Source of the DNA: Octopus sinensis
Taxonomy: Eukaryota
Direction: 5' to 3'
Assembly (NCBI RefSeq): GCF_006345805.1
Contig: NW_021835932.1
Span: forward strand, 1 to 38,682
DNA length: 38,682 bases
The notes below the pieces were generated by a model. The model saw nothing but the letters and a program-made list of their open reading frames with translations, had not been told where the DNA came from and ran no database searches. Shown piece after piece: positions 1-11,539 of this stretch (the first letter of the stretch is position 1; each line of letters opens with the position of its first letter). Both the position numbers and the translations under genes were made by a program.

Positions 1-360
1 CAGGCTGTTCCGTTGATTCGGATCAACCGGAACCCTCGTCGTCGTAACCGACGGAGTGCTTCCATTCCATTCCATTCCATATATATATATACACACATAT
101 ATATAAGTGTATATCTGATTGGTGTATATAAAGGACTATGCATTGTGTATGGTTGTTAACAAGGTGCATTCAAAAAGTATCTAACTTTTTTATTTTCCTG
201 CTAAAACTAATGCCATACAGGTAAAAATCCTTTGGGTGGGAAGTAGCATCACCCTTCCTGTGCGTGTGTGAAAATTTTCGTGCTGGTAGGCCGCATCAGT
301 TTCCTGGTTGTTATGCCTAGAGGTCAGACATGTAGTATGCGCACAGCAGATTTTCATTTT

Positions 361-1160
361 CGTGCAAGAGAGACAACTGCGCTGGTAAGGATGAGGATAG
401 CTGTGTGAAAAAGTGCCACACCCTAGCAGTTGAGGGAACCTGTGGAAGAGGTAGACCCAGGAAGATCTGGGATGAAGTGGTGAAGCACGACCTTCGAACT
501 TTAGGCCTCACCAAGGAAATGACTAGTGACCGAGACCTTTGGAAATATGCAGTGCTTGAGAAGACCCGGCAAACCAAATGTGACCATAACCTCATGGCCT
601 ATGCCAGGGGCGTAACCAGCCCACTTATGCGTACCTTTTCCTTCTTTGGACACTAAACTCTGCTTGCAAAGACCTGTTGAGGCAAGTGAAACTGAAATCA
701 AATTCGATGACTGGCATCCCTGCTAATGGAGCGCTAAGAGCACCATCCAAGCGTGATCGTTGCCAGAGCGGCTAACTGGCTTCCTTGCCGGTGTCAAGTA
801 AAAAGCACCATACGAGCGTGATTGTTACCATATTGGTACCTGTGCCAGTAGCATGTGATAAAAACATTCGAGTGAGGTCGTCGCCAGTGCTGCTGGACTG
901 GCTCCTGTGCAGGTGACATGTTAAAAACACCATTTGAGCATGACTGTTGCCAGTACCGCCAGACTCCCTTGTGCCAGTGGCATGTAAAAAGCACCCACTA
1001 CACGCTCGGAGTGGTTGGCGTTAGGAAGGGCATCCAGCTGTAGAAACTCTGCCAGATCGAGATTGGAGCCTGGTGCAGCCATCTGGTTCGCCAGTCCTCA
1101 GTCAAATCGTCCAACCCATGCTAGCGTGGAAAGCGGACGTTAAACGAGGATGATGATGAT
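361..1160 (+). mobile_element. 5'-truncated RTE-clade LINE 3' end (family RTE-1): C-terminal coding remnant, subrepeated 3' UTR and (GAT)n tail
   Basis: ORF 405-656 reads VEGTCGRGRPRKIWDEVVKHDL...DRDLWK, the typical RTE C-terminal GxRxRGRPRKxW...DRxxW pattern. It is followed by repeated gttgccag...gtaaaaagcacc subunits and ends ggacgttaaacgaggatgatgatgat. The same sequence recurs many times in the window. Confidence 0.8.
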
Positions 1161-1470
1161 TCAAGATGACTGAAAACATCAAGCAGAGATCAGAATTCCA
1201 TGTCTCCATAATCAATGATGATGGTTTCATAAAGCCTGGGTCATGGTTTACACAGTCCAGCATGTCCCAAATGATTTCCATTGAGCACTTTGGGGATGAA
1301 TTTTTACCAATACTCTTCATATGCGCAAATCCTTCGCTAAAATGGAACACACCGACCTTTTGCTTATTACCACTTTTTGAGGAATTTCCTGGCAAAAACA
1401 TGTAAAGGGCATCTGAGAAATTGTAGTTGTGGATGTTACTGACGTCATGTAAATGGTACCCTTGAAATAA

Positions 1471-1705
1471 GGCGGTGAGCTGGTAGAATCGTTAGCACGC
1501 CGGGCGAAATGCTGGGCTGTATTTCGTCTACCGTTATGTTCTGAGTTCAAATTTCGCCGAGGTCGACTTTGCCTTTCATCCTTTCAGGGTCAATAAATTA
1601 AGTACTGGTTACGCACTGGGGGTCGATGTAATCGACTTAATCCGTTTGTCTGTCCTTGTTTGTCCCCTCTGTGTTTAGCCCCTTGTGGGTAGTAAGGAAA
1701 TAGGT
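1471..1705 (+). mobile_element. tRNA-headed SINE, family B
   Basis: Head ggcggtgagctggtagaatcgttagc with A-box-like and B-box-like (gagttcaaatt) motifs. More than 15 related copies in the window. Confidence 0.75.
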
Positions 1706-2265
1706 ACCCTTGATATTGTGACTGTGACCCATTGCTGGTAGCATGATCTTTGAATGTTGGGCCTCGTGAAGGCAATGAGACTGAGATCTTTGATGATATG
1801 CTGTGCTTAAGAAGACTTGTTAAACCAAGTGAAACCCTGGTTGTGGTTAATGCCAGAGTCATGGGAAGGGCACCTGAGAAATTGCAGTCATGGCCGTTGC
1901 TGGTGTCATGTAAATGTGACCCTTGAAATTGTAATTGTGGTCATTGGCAGTAGTATGGTCTTCAAATGTGTGAGGTGATGAAGCATGATCTTTGGATGTC
2001 GGGCCTCATGGAGGCAATGACGAATGGCCAAGACCTTTGGTGATTAGCAGTGCTTGAGAAAACTTGTCAAGGCAAGTGAGATTGCAGTTGTAGCTGATGC
2101 CAGAGTCCTGTAAATGGCACCTGTGGAATTCATAATTGTGGCCATTGCCAGTAACATGATCTTCAGCTGTTGGGCCACGTGGGGGTGAGGAACAACATGA
2201 TGGCATATGGTCTTTGAATGTTGGGCCTCACGGAAGCAATGACAAGTGAAATCATGATTGCGGCT
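1706..2265 (+). repeat. Degenerate tandem subunits related to the RTE-1 3' end/UTR
   Basis: Repeated gatctttg(a/g)atgt(t/c)gggcctc and gctgtgcttgagaagac-like blocks, similar to 540-570. Confidence 0.45.
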
Positions 2266-2269
2266 GATG

Positions 2270-2690
2270 CCTATTTCTTTATTACCCACAAGGGGCTAAA
2301 CACAGAGGGGACAAACAAGGACAGACATAGGTATTAAGTCGATTACATCGACCCCAGTGCATAACTGGTACTTAATTTATCGACCCCGAAAGGATGAAAG
2401 GCAAAGTCGACCTCGGCGGAATTTGAACTCAGAACGTAACGACAGACGAGATACCTATTTCTTTATTACCCACAGGGGGCTAAACACAGAGGGGACAAAC
2501 AAGGACAGACATAGGTATTAAGTCGATTACATCGACCCCAGTGCATAACTGGTACTTAATTTATCGACCCCGAAAGGATGAAAGGCAAAGTCGACCTCGG
2601 CGGAATTTGAACTCAGAACGTAACGACAGACGAAATACGGCTACGCATTTTGCCCGGCGTGCTAACGATTCTGCCAGCTCGCCACCTTTA
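2270..2690 (-). mobile_element. SINE-B with a tandem 184-bp duplication of its 3' part
   Basis: 2270-2453 and 2454-2637 are near-identical direct repeats. The head (reverse complement of ggcgagctggcagaatc) is at about 2690. Confidence 0.75.
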
Positions 2691-2699
2691 CCAGCTCGC

Positions 2700-2930
2700 C
2701 GCCCAGTGCCAAGTAAGAAGCACCTGTTACACTCTTGGAGTGGTTGGCATTAGGAAGGGCATCCATTTGGAATGTAGAAGCCATTCCAAATCAGACTAGA
2801 ACTTGGTGCAGCTCTTTGACTAACCAATTCCAGTCAAACCCATGCAAGAATGGAAAACAAGCTGTAGATGATGAGGATGAGGAGGATGATGATGATGATG
2901 ATGATGATGATGTAGATGATGATGATGTAT
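2700..2930 (+). mobile_element. Degenerate RTE-1 3' UTR end with (GAT)n tail
   Basis: ggagtggttggcattaggaagggcatcc...aacccatgc...(gat)n, matching 1005-1160. Confidence 0.6.
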
Positions 2931-3340
2931 GTCGGTAGTTAATCATGGACACTGAATGTAGCGGATTTTATGTGTATGCATATATAATGAGAATTTGTAT
3001 ATGTATTTCATGTATACGTACCTATATGTCATACGTCTTGACGTGTTGTCGTCTTTGTGGTTGACAGTCAGCCCCTAACCTGTTGCAGTCCCCACTCTAA
3101 ATGTCACATGCACACATCATCCAACATTAAGGGCCCACATGGTGAAGTCGTTGTCGCCCCCTGCTGTTGAGGGACCTATTCCCTAATAAAGCTCGGGTGT
3201 TGCTCCCGAGAACCCTAACAATTCACAAGAAACTTCTCCTCCTCTCGCTACCCCTCTCATCGCCACATACACAAAGACAGTCATCGTCATTCCTCCTTCT
3301 CACTTCGGCCCCTACCGTGTCAGTCAGTCAGAAGATTTCA

Positions 3341-3575
3341 AGGCGGCGAGTTGGCAGAAACGTTAGCAAGCCGGGCGAAATGCTTAGCTGTATTTCGTCC
3401 GCCGCTGCGTTCTGAGTTCAAATTCTGCCGAGGTCGACTTTGCCTTTCATCCTTTCGGGGTTGATAAATTAAGTACCAGTTACGCACTGGGGTCGATGTA
3501 ATCGACTTAATCCCTTTGTCTGTTCTTGTTTGTCCCCTCTATGTTTAGCCCCTTGTGGGCAATAAAGAAATAAGA
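3341..3575 (+). mobile_element. SINE-B
   Basis: ggcggcgagttggcagaaacgttagc...gagttcaaattctgccgagg...gccccttgtggg, matching 1471-1705. Confidence 0.75.
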
Positions 3576-3713
3576 AGATTTCAAGGATCAGATGAAAATC
3601 GCCTTAGCAAGCATCAGTGTATCAGTCAAGAGGGCCAGGAGCCAGGTAATCATGATGATGAGGAGGAGGAAGAAGAGGGTATTCATAGCGATGTTGATGA
3701 TGATGGTGGTAGT

Positions 3714-5499
3714 TTAACCCTTTCGTTACCAACCCAGCTGAAACTGGCTCTGGGCTCTGTTGTACAAATGTCTTGTTTTCATAAGTTCTGAATTAAAATC
3801 TTCCACCAAACCTTAGTCACAATTTATGTTCCTAACACCAGCTGAATGGTAACTAAGTTATTTTACAAAATTCTTTGTTATATTTAAAATTAATTAAAAG
3901 AAACTCAGAGCATCTCAACAGAAATATGGTAACAAAAGGGTTAAGAAGAAAAATAATCAGCAGAAAACATGAGAGAAGGAGACCTCAATGTGGTCAATCT
4001 ATATGCTAGAAATAATAGCCTAAATTTCCTTCAATCCACACCCTTTCAACTGCTTCTAATGTCCATCTGCCTAAATGTAGAGGTGTTTTTAACCCTTTCA
4101 ATACCAACTCAGCTGAAACCACCCCTGGCTCTGAGTACAAATGTCTTGTTTTCAGAAGTTTTGAATTAAAATCTTCCACCAAACCTTAGACACAATTTAT
4201 GTTCCTAACACTAGCTGAATGATAACTAAGTATTTACTAAATTCTTTGTTATTTTAAGTAATTGAAAGAAACAGTGAGCATCTCAACAGAAATATGGTAA
4301 CAAAAGGCTTAAGAAGAAAAATAATCAGCAGAAGACATGAGAGGAGACCTCAATGTGGTCACTCTAAATGCTGAATAATAGCCTAAATTTCCTTCAATCC
4401 ACACCCTTTCAACTGCTTCTAATGTCCATCTGCCTAAATGTAGAGGTGTTTTTAACCCTTTCAATACCAACTCAGCTGAAACCACCCCTGCTCTTGAGTA
4501 CAAATGTCTTGTTTTCAGAAGTTTTGAATTAAAATCTTCCACCAACCTTAGACACAATTTATGTTCCTAACACTAGCTGAATGATAACTAAGTTATTTTA
4601 CTAAATTCTTTGTTATATTTAAAGTAATTGAAAGAAACAGTGAGCATCTCAACAGAAATATGGTAACAAAAGGCTTAAGAAGAAAAATAATCAGCAGAAG
4701 ACATGAGAGGAGACCTCAATGTGGTCACTCTAAATGCTGGAAATAATAGCCTAAATTTCCTTCAATCCACACCCTTTCAACTGCTTCTAATGTCCATCTG
4801 CCCAAATGTAGAGATGTTTTTAACCCTTTCAATACCAACCCAGCTGAAACTGCCTCTGGGCACTGTAGTACAAATGTCCTGTTTTCATAAGTTTTAAATT
4901 AAAATCTTCCCCCAAACCTTAGTCACAATTTATATTCCTAACACTGGCTGAATGATAACTAAGTTATTTTACTAAATTCTTTGTTATATTTAAATTAATT
5001 GAAAGAAACACAGAGCATCTCAAAATAAATGCAGTTACGAAAGGGTTAAGAAGAAAAATAATCAGCAGAAAACATGAGAGAAGGAGACCTCAATGTGGTC
5101 ACTCTATATGCTAGAAATAATAGCCTAAATTTCCTTCAATCCACACCCTTCCAACTGCTTCTAATGTCCATCTGCCTATGATAACTAAGTTATTTTACTA
5201 AATTCTTTGTTATATTTAACCCTTTAGCGTTCAGATTATTCCATCAAACATAATGCTTATTGATTCCCATTGATTTGAATTAATCATGCATTATCTCATA
5301 TCTTCAAGATCTTGATGGTGTAATTACTTAATGTAGAATAACATTGTAGGGTAGGTGTGAGAGCCTGGATCTGGTCAGTTTGAACATAAACCAGATTAAC
5401 TATTTTGGCCGGATATGGCCGGTTTAAATACTAAAGGGTTAAAATTAATTGAAAGAAACACAGAGCATCTCAAAATAAATACAGTAACGAAAGGGTTAA
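3714..5499. mobile_element. Tandem array of a TTAA-flanked piggyBac-type MITE (about 220 bp; 4 full copies + 1 partial) alternating with a ~140-bp spacer
   Basis: TTAA|CCCTTT...AAAGG(G/C)|TTAA termini at 3714-3944, 4089-4312, 4452-4678 and 4820-5049; a 3'-half copy ends at TTAA 5496-5499. The spacer gaagaaaaataatcagcag...aatgtagag is repeated four times. TTAA TSDs with CCC/GGG ends are the established piggyBac signature. Confidence 0.8.
5220..5438. mobile_element. Second TTAA MITE family nested in the last MITE copy
   Basis: TIRs ccctttag/ctaaaggg and TTAA TSDs at 5216-5219 and 5439-5442. Removing it restores the host tatat-TTAA-aattaattgaaag. Confidence 0.8.
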
Positions 5500-5547
5500 A
5501 AACAGAGGACGCCCTGAAGATTTTTGCTGATGCTGTTGTTGTTTTAG

Positions 5548-5570
5548 ATGTTCCTGTGTAGCCCCCCCAG
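5548..5570 (+). CDS. Candidate 23-nt micro-exon of unidentified gene 1 (xCSCVAPP, entry phase 2)
   Basis: Acceptor gctgttgttgttttag and consensus donor CAG|gtaagt, in non-repetitive sequence. The frame is inferred from joining to the 11269 exon. Confidence 0.5.
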
Positions 5571-5613
5571 GTAAGTCTTCCTCATCCAGCCAACCTACAA
5601 TTATAGATGTCCT

Positions 5614-5661
5614 GTAATTATGTACCTGAGTAAACGAACATTTACTCAGGTACATAATTAC
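5614..5661. other. Perfect 21-bp inverted repeat with a 6-nt loop inside the 189-nt intron
   Basis: gtaattatgtacctgagtaaa-cgaaca-tttactcaggtacataattac. Confidence 0.9.
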
Positions 5662-5759
5662 TTCATTCTGACTTCGTTATCTAATCTGTCCTTCTTTTTT
5701 AAAAGGTTTTTTTTTTTTCATTGATGAATAATTTGATTACATCTTGGTTGTGTGGGCAG

Positions 5760-5781
5760 GTGGGGAGGACGTTTTCTTCAG
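5760..5781 (+). CDS. Candidate 22-nt micro-exon of gene 1 (GGEDVFFS)
   Basis: Upstream poly-T and a ttgat branch-like motif; weak acceptor gtgggcag; donor CAG|gtgaat. It ends in phase 2, matching the terminal exon. Confidence 0.4.
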
Positions 5782-5916
5782 GTGAATAACTCTGCCAACA
5801 ATATTTCCGGAATGCTACAACTCAAATATGTACCTCACAACAACTCCATACTGGATTGTGATGCTGCGATAAGCGGATGTGCTTCAAAAGGGCACCACTT
5901 GGATTTTAACCTATAC

Positions 5917-6567
5917 TCTTTTACTCTTTTACTTGTTTCAGTCATTTGACTGTGGCCATGCTGGAGCACCGCCTTTAGTCGAGCAAATCAACCCCAGGAC
6001 TTAATCTTTGTAAGCCTAGTACTTATTCTATCGGTCTCTTTTACCGAACCGCTAAGTTACGGTGACGTAAACACACCAGCATCGGTTGTCAAGCGATGTT
6101 GGGGGACAAATACAGACACACAAACACACACACACACACACACCACACACATATATACATACATATATACGACGGGCTTCTTTCAGTTTCCGTCTACCAA
6201 ATCCACTCACAAGGCTTTGGTTGGCCCGAGGCTATAGCAGAAGAAACTTGCCCAAGGTGCCACGCAGTGGGACTAACCCGGAACCATGTGGTTGGTAAAC
6301 AAGCTACTTACCACACAGCCACTCCTACGCCTATCTTACATTTATTCTTTTATTCTTTTACTTGTTACAGCCATTTGACTGCGGCCATACTGGAGTGCTG
6401 CCTTTAGTCGAACAAATCGACCCCAGGACTTATACTTTGCAAGTCTAGTAACTATCCTATCGGTCTCTTTTTGCCAAACCGCGAAGTGATGGGGATGGTA
6501 AACACACCAAGATCGGTTGTCAAGTGATGGTGGAGGGACAAACTCAGACACAAATAACAGATACATA

Positions 6568-6600
<33 letters not shown>

Positions 6601-6630
6601 GATGGGCGTCTTTCAGTTTCTGTCTCTCAA
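5917..6630 (-). mobile_element. tRNA-headed SINE family A: one full copy (5917-6330) plus a partial copy (6345-6630)
   Basis: Minus-strand head aggagtggctgtgtggtaagtagc...ggttccgggttagtcccactgcgtggcaccttgggcaag with A/B-box-like motifs and an internal (TG)n/(TA)n tract. Many copies in the window. Confidence 0.75.
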
Positions 6631-7024
6631 ATCCACTCACAATGATTATATATATATATATATATATAAGGATATACTTAGAAACGATTATCTCCCCCTG
6701 AGCAGCAATACTTTCATTCTCCTCCTCTACCACAGTATATACAGGTTCCTATATATATATATATATGCATACATACATATACACACATACACATATATTA
6801 TATATTTATATATATATGGAAAGTTGGGGTTTTTTGTGTCCAGGAAAAAATATAGAATTTTTGAAAATGCACCTGTTTTTGAAAAACTTGTAGTTGTTTG
6901 TAAATAAATTTATTTACATACATGCCAAACTAGTTTCAATAATTTTTTTTGTTTGTCAGTCATATAAACATATATAAAATAATGGGATTTTAACACACAC
7001 ACACACATACATATACATACATAC

Positions 7025-7330
7025 ATATATATATATAAAAGCACCGTTCGAGCGTGGCAGATACTAGCATTGCCTGACTGGCGTCCGTGTCGGTGACACG
7101 TAAAAGCACCAACTGATTGTGGCCGTTTGCCAGCCTGCCCTGGCTCCTGTGCCGGTGGCACATAAAAAACACCCACTACACTCAGAGTGGTTGGCGTTAG
7201 GAAGGGCATTCAGATGTAGAAACACTGCCAAATCAGACAAGAGCCTGGTGCAGCCTCCATGGCTTACCAGACCCCGGTCGAACTGTCCAACCCATGCTAG
7301 CATGGAAAACGGACGTTAAGTGATGATGAC
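7025..7330 (+). mobile_element. RTE-1 3' UTR fragment with (GAT)n tail
   Basis: aaaagcacc...gagtggttggcgttaggaagggc...ggacgttaagtgatgatga. Confidence 0.7.
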
Positions 7331-7378
7331 AACGATATATACACAATACATGCATATATACATATGTATGTGTGCATA

Positions 7379-7543
7379 CTGGCTGTTCATAAATTATCTT
7401 TACAGCCCATGTGAAAATGCTCTGATATTTCTAATAAAGCTTCGTTACTTTGCCTATGTTTTTCCAATAAACTTCGTTGAGTTATCCTTATTTTTCATTT
7501 CTTTTGAATTTTTCAAATTGTAAAGGTAATTTATGAACACCTT
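7379..7543. mobile_element. Tc1/mariner-type MITE
   Basis: TIR gttcataaattatctttaca / tgtaaaggtaatttatgaac (19 of 20 match), with TA next to the left end. Confidence 0.55.
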
Positions 7544-7784
7544 AAATATACACGTTGTAATATGGAGGACCTGAAGTAGATCTTGGTGAATTAGAAACGA
7601 CTTTGTGTGCCTTTGTCTAAACAGATTACTATGCAGATTACTAACCAGAATAGCAGTATTCTGGTTAATTCATTTGGTCAGTTCACCAGTGTGTACAAAA
7701 TTAAAGAATTAGTGTCTCTGCATACCAACGCAGCTATCTGATTACCTGCACACATACATCCATACCTACAGGTGTGTATATTAC

Positions 7785-8494
7785 TCTTTTACCCTTTTAC
7801 TTGTTTCAGTCATTTGACTGCAGCCATGCTGGAGCACCGCCTTTAGTCGAGCAAATCGACCCCGGGACTTATTCTTTGTAAGCCCAGTACTTATTCTATC
7901 GGTCTCTTTTGCCGAACCGCTAGGTGACAGGGACGTAAACACACCAGCATCGGTTGTCAAGCAATGCTAAGGGGACAAACACAGACACACAAACATACAC
8001 ACACACACTTATATATATATATATATATATACATATATACGACAGGCTTCTTTCAGTTTCCGTCTACCAAATCCTCTCACAAGGCATTGGTCGGCCCGGG
8101 GCTATAGCAGAAGACACTTGCCCAAGATGCCACGCAGTGGGACTGAACCCGGAACCATGTGGTTGGTTCGCAAGCTACTTACCACACAACCACTCCTGCG
8201 CCTGTGTATATATGTGTATATATATATATATGTGTATATGTACCCCCCCAGACGTACGTATACATATATGTTAGTATGAACGTGTGCACATATGCAGGTA
8301 GGTATGTTTGTAAGTATGTGTGTATATGTGTATGTATATATATATATTTATAAACATACATGTAAATATATATATGTTTATGCATCTAGCTACCTTCATT
8401 ATTGTGTGTGTATATATATATGTATATGTGTGTGTGTATATGTATAATATATATGTAATATATATATATAATATATATATAATATATATATATA

Positions 8495-8554
<60 letters not shown>

Positions 8555-8710
8555 TGGCTGTGTGGTAAGTAGCTTGCTTACCAACCACATGATTCTGGGT
8601 TCGTTCCCGCTAAGTGGCACCTTGGGCAAGTGTCTTCTACTATAGACCCGGGCCGATCAAGGCCTTGTGAGTGGATCTGGTAGATGGAAACTCAAAGAAA
8701 CCCATCGTAT
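7785..8710. mobile_element. SINE-A (minus, 7785-8200) and SINE-A head (plus, 8552-8710) separated by (TA)n microsatellite
   Basis: Direct match to the other SINE-A copies, in divergent orientations. Confidence 0.75.
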
Positions 8711-8715
8711 ATATG

Positions 8716-8746
<31 letters not shown>

Positions 8747-9187
8747 ATGTGTGTGTTTATATATACATAGATTGTATATATCTGTCCCTCTATCTCTACA
8801 TATATATATATTTATGTATGTATGTATGCATTCAAAGATAAGTGTTTCCATTGTATGTCTGCCAGTCTAGACCATGTCAATGAGATAGTAAATGGTTGTC
8901 CCAATTTCTGCTATACAATGCAATAACATAGTGAAAGAGGTCGGGGAGATGTTGTTTTGTGTCTACAGTTTACAGGCTAGGTGTAAGAACTGTTAGGGAA
9001 CTGCTGTGGTGGTGGGGGTCATCGTAGTCGTTGCCGTTTAGTTTTGGGTCAGTACTGATCATGCTGGTATGTAACCAAAGACATTCCAACTGTGACAATT
9101 GCATGTATTGAGTTCCTTTTTCAGACCTTTGGCGATAAGCTGTGCTTGAGAAAACACAGCAAGCTAAGTGAAAGCGTAGTTGTGGCT

Positions 9188-9637
9188 TCAAACTTGAAAT
9201 CTTCAAAACCACAGTCGAACCAATTCTACTATATGGCTCAGAAACCTGGACGTTATCAAAGAAGCTTGAGAGGCGGTTGGATGGAACCTACACTCGCCTC
9301 CTTATGAGAGCTCAAAATATCTCGTGGAAGCATCATCCAACCAAAATGCAAATATATGGGAAACTACCACCTGTGTCATCTCTTGTGAAAGGTAGGAGAG
9401 TCCAGTTTGCTGGACATTGTTGTAGAGCTGAAAAAGAGGTAATTTCTACTCTTCTCCTCTGGAAGCCATCTACTCGCAATACCAGAGGGTGCACACTCTC
9501 CTACCCTGATGTAATTTCCAGGGATACAGGCATCCAGCAACAGGACCTCTGTAATGCTATGATGGACTGTGAAGTCTGGCGTAGCATGGTAAATTCCTTT
9601 GTCTCGACCACAGTCGAACAATGATGATGATGATGAC
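9188..9637 (+). mobile_element. RTE-related LINE 3' end (family RTE-2) inserted into an RTE-1 3' UTR
   Basis: Remnant PILL(Y)GSETWTLS...RRVQFAGHCCRAEKEVIS...DCEVWRS...VEQ*, then a (TGA)n tail. Direct repeat GTGGCT at 9182-9187 and 9638-9643. LYGSETW is typical of RTE-clade RTs; the exact clade (RTE/RTEX/Proto2) is unresolved. Confidence 0.8.
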
Positions 9638-9789
9638 GTGGCTGATGCTTGTGCCACCTGACTGGCACCCATGCTGGTGGCACACAAACAGCAAATATTA
9701 CACTCTTGAAGTGGTTGGCATTAGGAAAGACATAGAAACCGTGCCAAAGACATACATCATCTCGAAAGAGTCCAGAAGCTGGCTACCCG

Positions 9790-10222
9790 CATGGTTCTTG
9801 GTCTCAAGCATTTGTCTTATGAAGAAAGGCTGAAGACGCTCGACCTTTATTCTCTAGAAAAACGACGACGCCGTGGTGATCTCATTCTTGCTCACAACAT
9901 CATAATCGGAAAGTGTAACCTCTCGAAAGAGCTGTTCTTCTCTCCTGCTCCAGAGCGTCGACTGCGGAGCCACTCCGAAAAGCTCTATCTGCGACGATTT
10001 CATCTCAATCGAAGGAGAGGGGCTTTCTCCGTCCAGGTTGCAGATCTGTGAAATAAGCTGCCGGACGAGATGGGGAAGATGCTGACGACCGCTCAGTTCA
10101 AAGTCTCTCTTGACCAGAAATGGCCTGAACACTTTGCATGAACACCCTCCCTGTACATAACTCCGTGTCCCCCTACATGGCCTTGCTTTTGCTTTTTGAG
10201 CCAAAAAATTAACTTAACTTAA
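9790..10222 (+). mobile_element. CR1-group LINE 3' end
   Basis: LSYEERLKTLDLYSLEKRRRRGDLI...RRGAFS..V...WNKLP C-terminal motifs, with a (TTAAC)n tail. Confidence 0.85.
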
Positions 10223-10439
10223 ATCAAACCGGAACCTCCGGCTTGCCAGTTCCAGTCAAACTGTCTAACCCACGCCAGCATGGAAAGCGGATGTTAAATG
10301 ATGATGATGATGATGGCTGTGTGGTTAAGAAGCTAGCTTTGTTACCATGTTTTAGGTTCAGTACCACTGTGTAGCTCCATGGGCAGGTGTCTTCTACAAT
10401 AGCCCCAGGCTGACCAGTATCTTGAGAATAAATTTGGTA

Positions 10440-11205
10440 GAGCCGCTAAGTAACGGGGACATAAACACACCATCATCAGTTGTCAAGCAATGTTGGAGGG
10501 ACAAACATACACACACACACACATATATATGTATATATATATGGGCCTCTTTCAGTTTCTGTCTACCAAATCCACTCACAAGGCTTTGGTCGGCCTGAGG
10601 CTACAGTGACATTTGCCCAAGGTGTCACGCAGTGGGACTGAACCTGGAACCATGTGGTTGGTAAGCAAGCTACTTACCACACAGCCACTCCTACGCCTAT
10701 TAATTAATTGTGGCTGTGTGGTAAATAGCTTGTTTACCAACCACATGGTTCCGGGTTCAGTCCCACTGCATGGTACCTTGGGCGAGTGTCTTCTACTATA
10801 GCCTCGGGGCCGACCAAAGCCTTGTGAGTGGATTTGGTAGACGGAAACTGAAAGAAGCCTGTCGTATATATATATCTGCGTGTGTGTGTGTTTGTATGTC
10901 TGTGTTTGTCCCCCTAGCATTGCTTGACAACCGATGCTGGTGTCCTGTCACTTAGCGGTTTGGCAAAAGAGACCGATAGAATAAGTACTGGGTTTACAAA
11001 AGAATAAGTCCCGGGGTCGAGTTGCTCGATTAAAGGCGGTGCTCCAGCATGGCCGCAGTCAAATGACTGAAACAAGTAAAAGAGACCAATAGAATAAGTA
11101 CTGGGCTTACAAAGAATAAGTCCCAGGGTCGAGTTGCTCGACTAAACGCGATGCTCCAGCATGGCCGCAGTCAAATGACTGAAACAAGTAAAAAGGGTAA
11201 AGAGT
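10440..11205. mobile_element. Head-to-head inverted SINE-A pair plus a duplicated 3' end
   Basis: Minus copy about 10440-10690 and plus copy about 10710-11095; the 3' block gaccaatagaataag...gaaacaagtaaaa is duplicated to about 11205. Confidence 0.75.
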
Positions 11206-11268
11206 AAAAAGAGAGTATCCAGCCACCTCCATGATCATAATATTCTTTTTCTTCTTTTCTACTTGCAG

Positions 11269-11539
11269 TTTACAGAATGTCTGTTGGACGGCCAAGCATT
11301 CCCCGTTGCACGAGCGCCACAACAGCGACAACGGCACTGCAAGCAACAACAACACAGCCCTTCCGTCGCAGTCGCAAACAGGTTGCTCCCAGAACACATC
11401 TGCAGGCATGCTGCTCCCCAAAAGCATCAGTTTTGACAACAACTCCTCACCGGTCCTTGTGATTCGCTCACGAACAAAACAAGTAAAATCCAGCCTCCAG
11501 AAGTCCGAGCAAACAAACAACGAACTGTTCCAGCTTTGA
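11269..11539 (+). CDS. Terminal coding exon of unidentified gene 1 (LQNVCWTAKHSPLHERH...KSEQTNNELFQL*)
   Basis: Strong polypyrimidine acceptor ttctttttcttcttttctacttgcag; GC-richer, non-repetitive sequence open to TGA 11537-11539 (part of ORF 11231-11539); followed by U-rich UTR-like DNA. All three frames stay open for at least 55 codons, so the frame is the longest one, not a proven one. Confidence 0.65.

Noticed and set aside
1471-1560. tRNA-like A/B boxes in the SINE heads
   Set aside because: No complete cloverleaf could be seen, and each head is attached to a repeated SINE body, so none is called a tRNA gene.
3061-3335. Complex C-rich segment with short open frames
   Set aside because: No convincing splice sites or recognisable protein; it may be an unclassified repeat.
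5752-5949. 65-aa ORF reading through micro-exon 2
   Set aside because: It runs into a SINE-A, has no downstream donor, and its frame does not match the longest terminal-exon frame.
7647-7672. 11-bp hairpin taaccagaata-gcag-tattctggtta and an open frame of about 48 codons around it
   Set aside because: Too short, with no supporting context.
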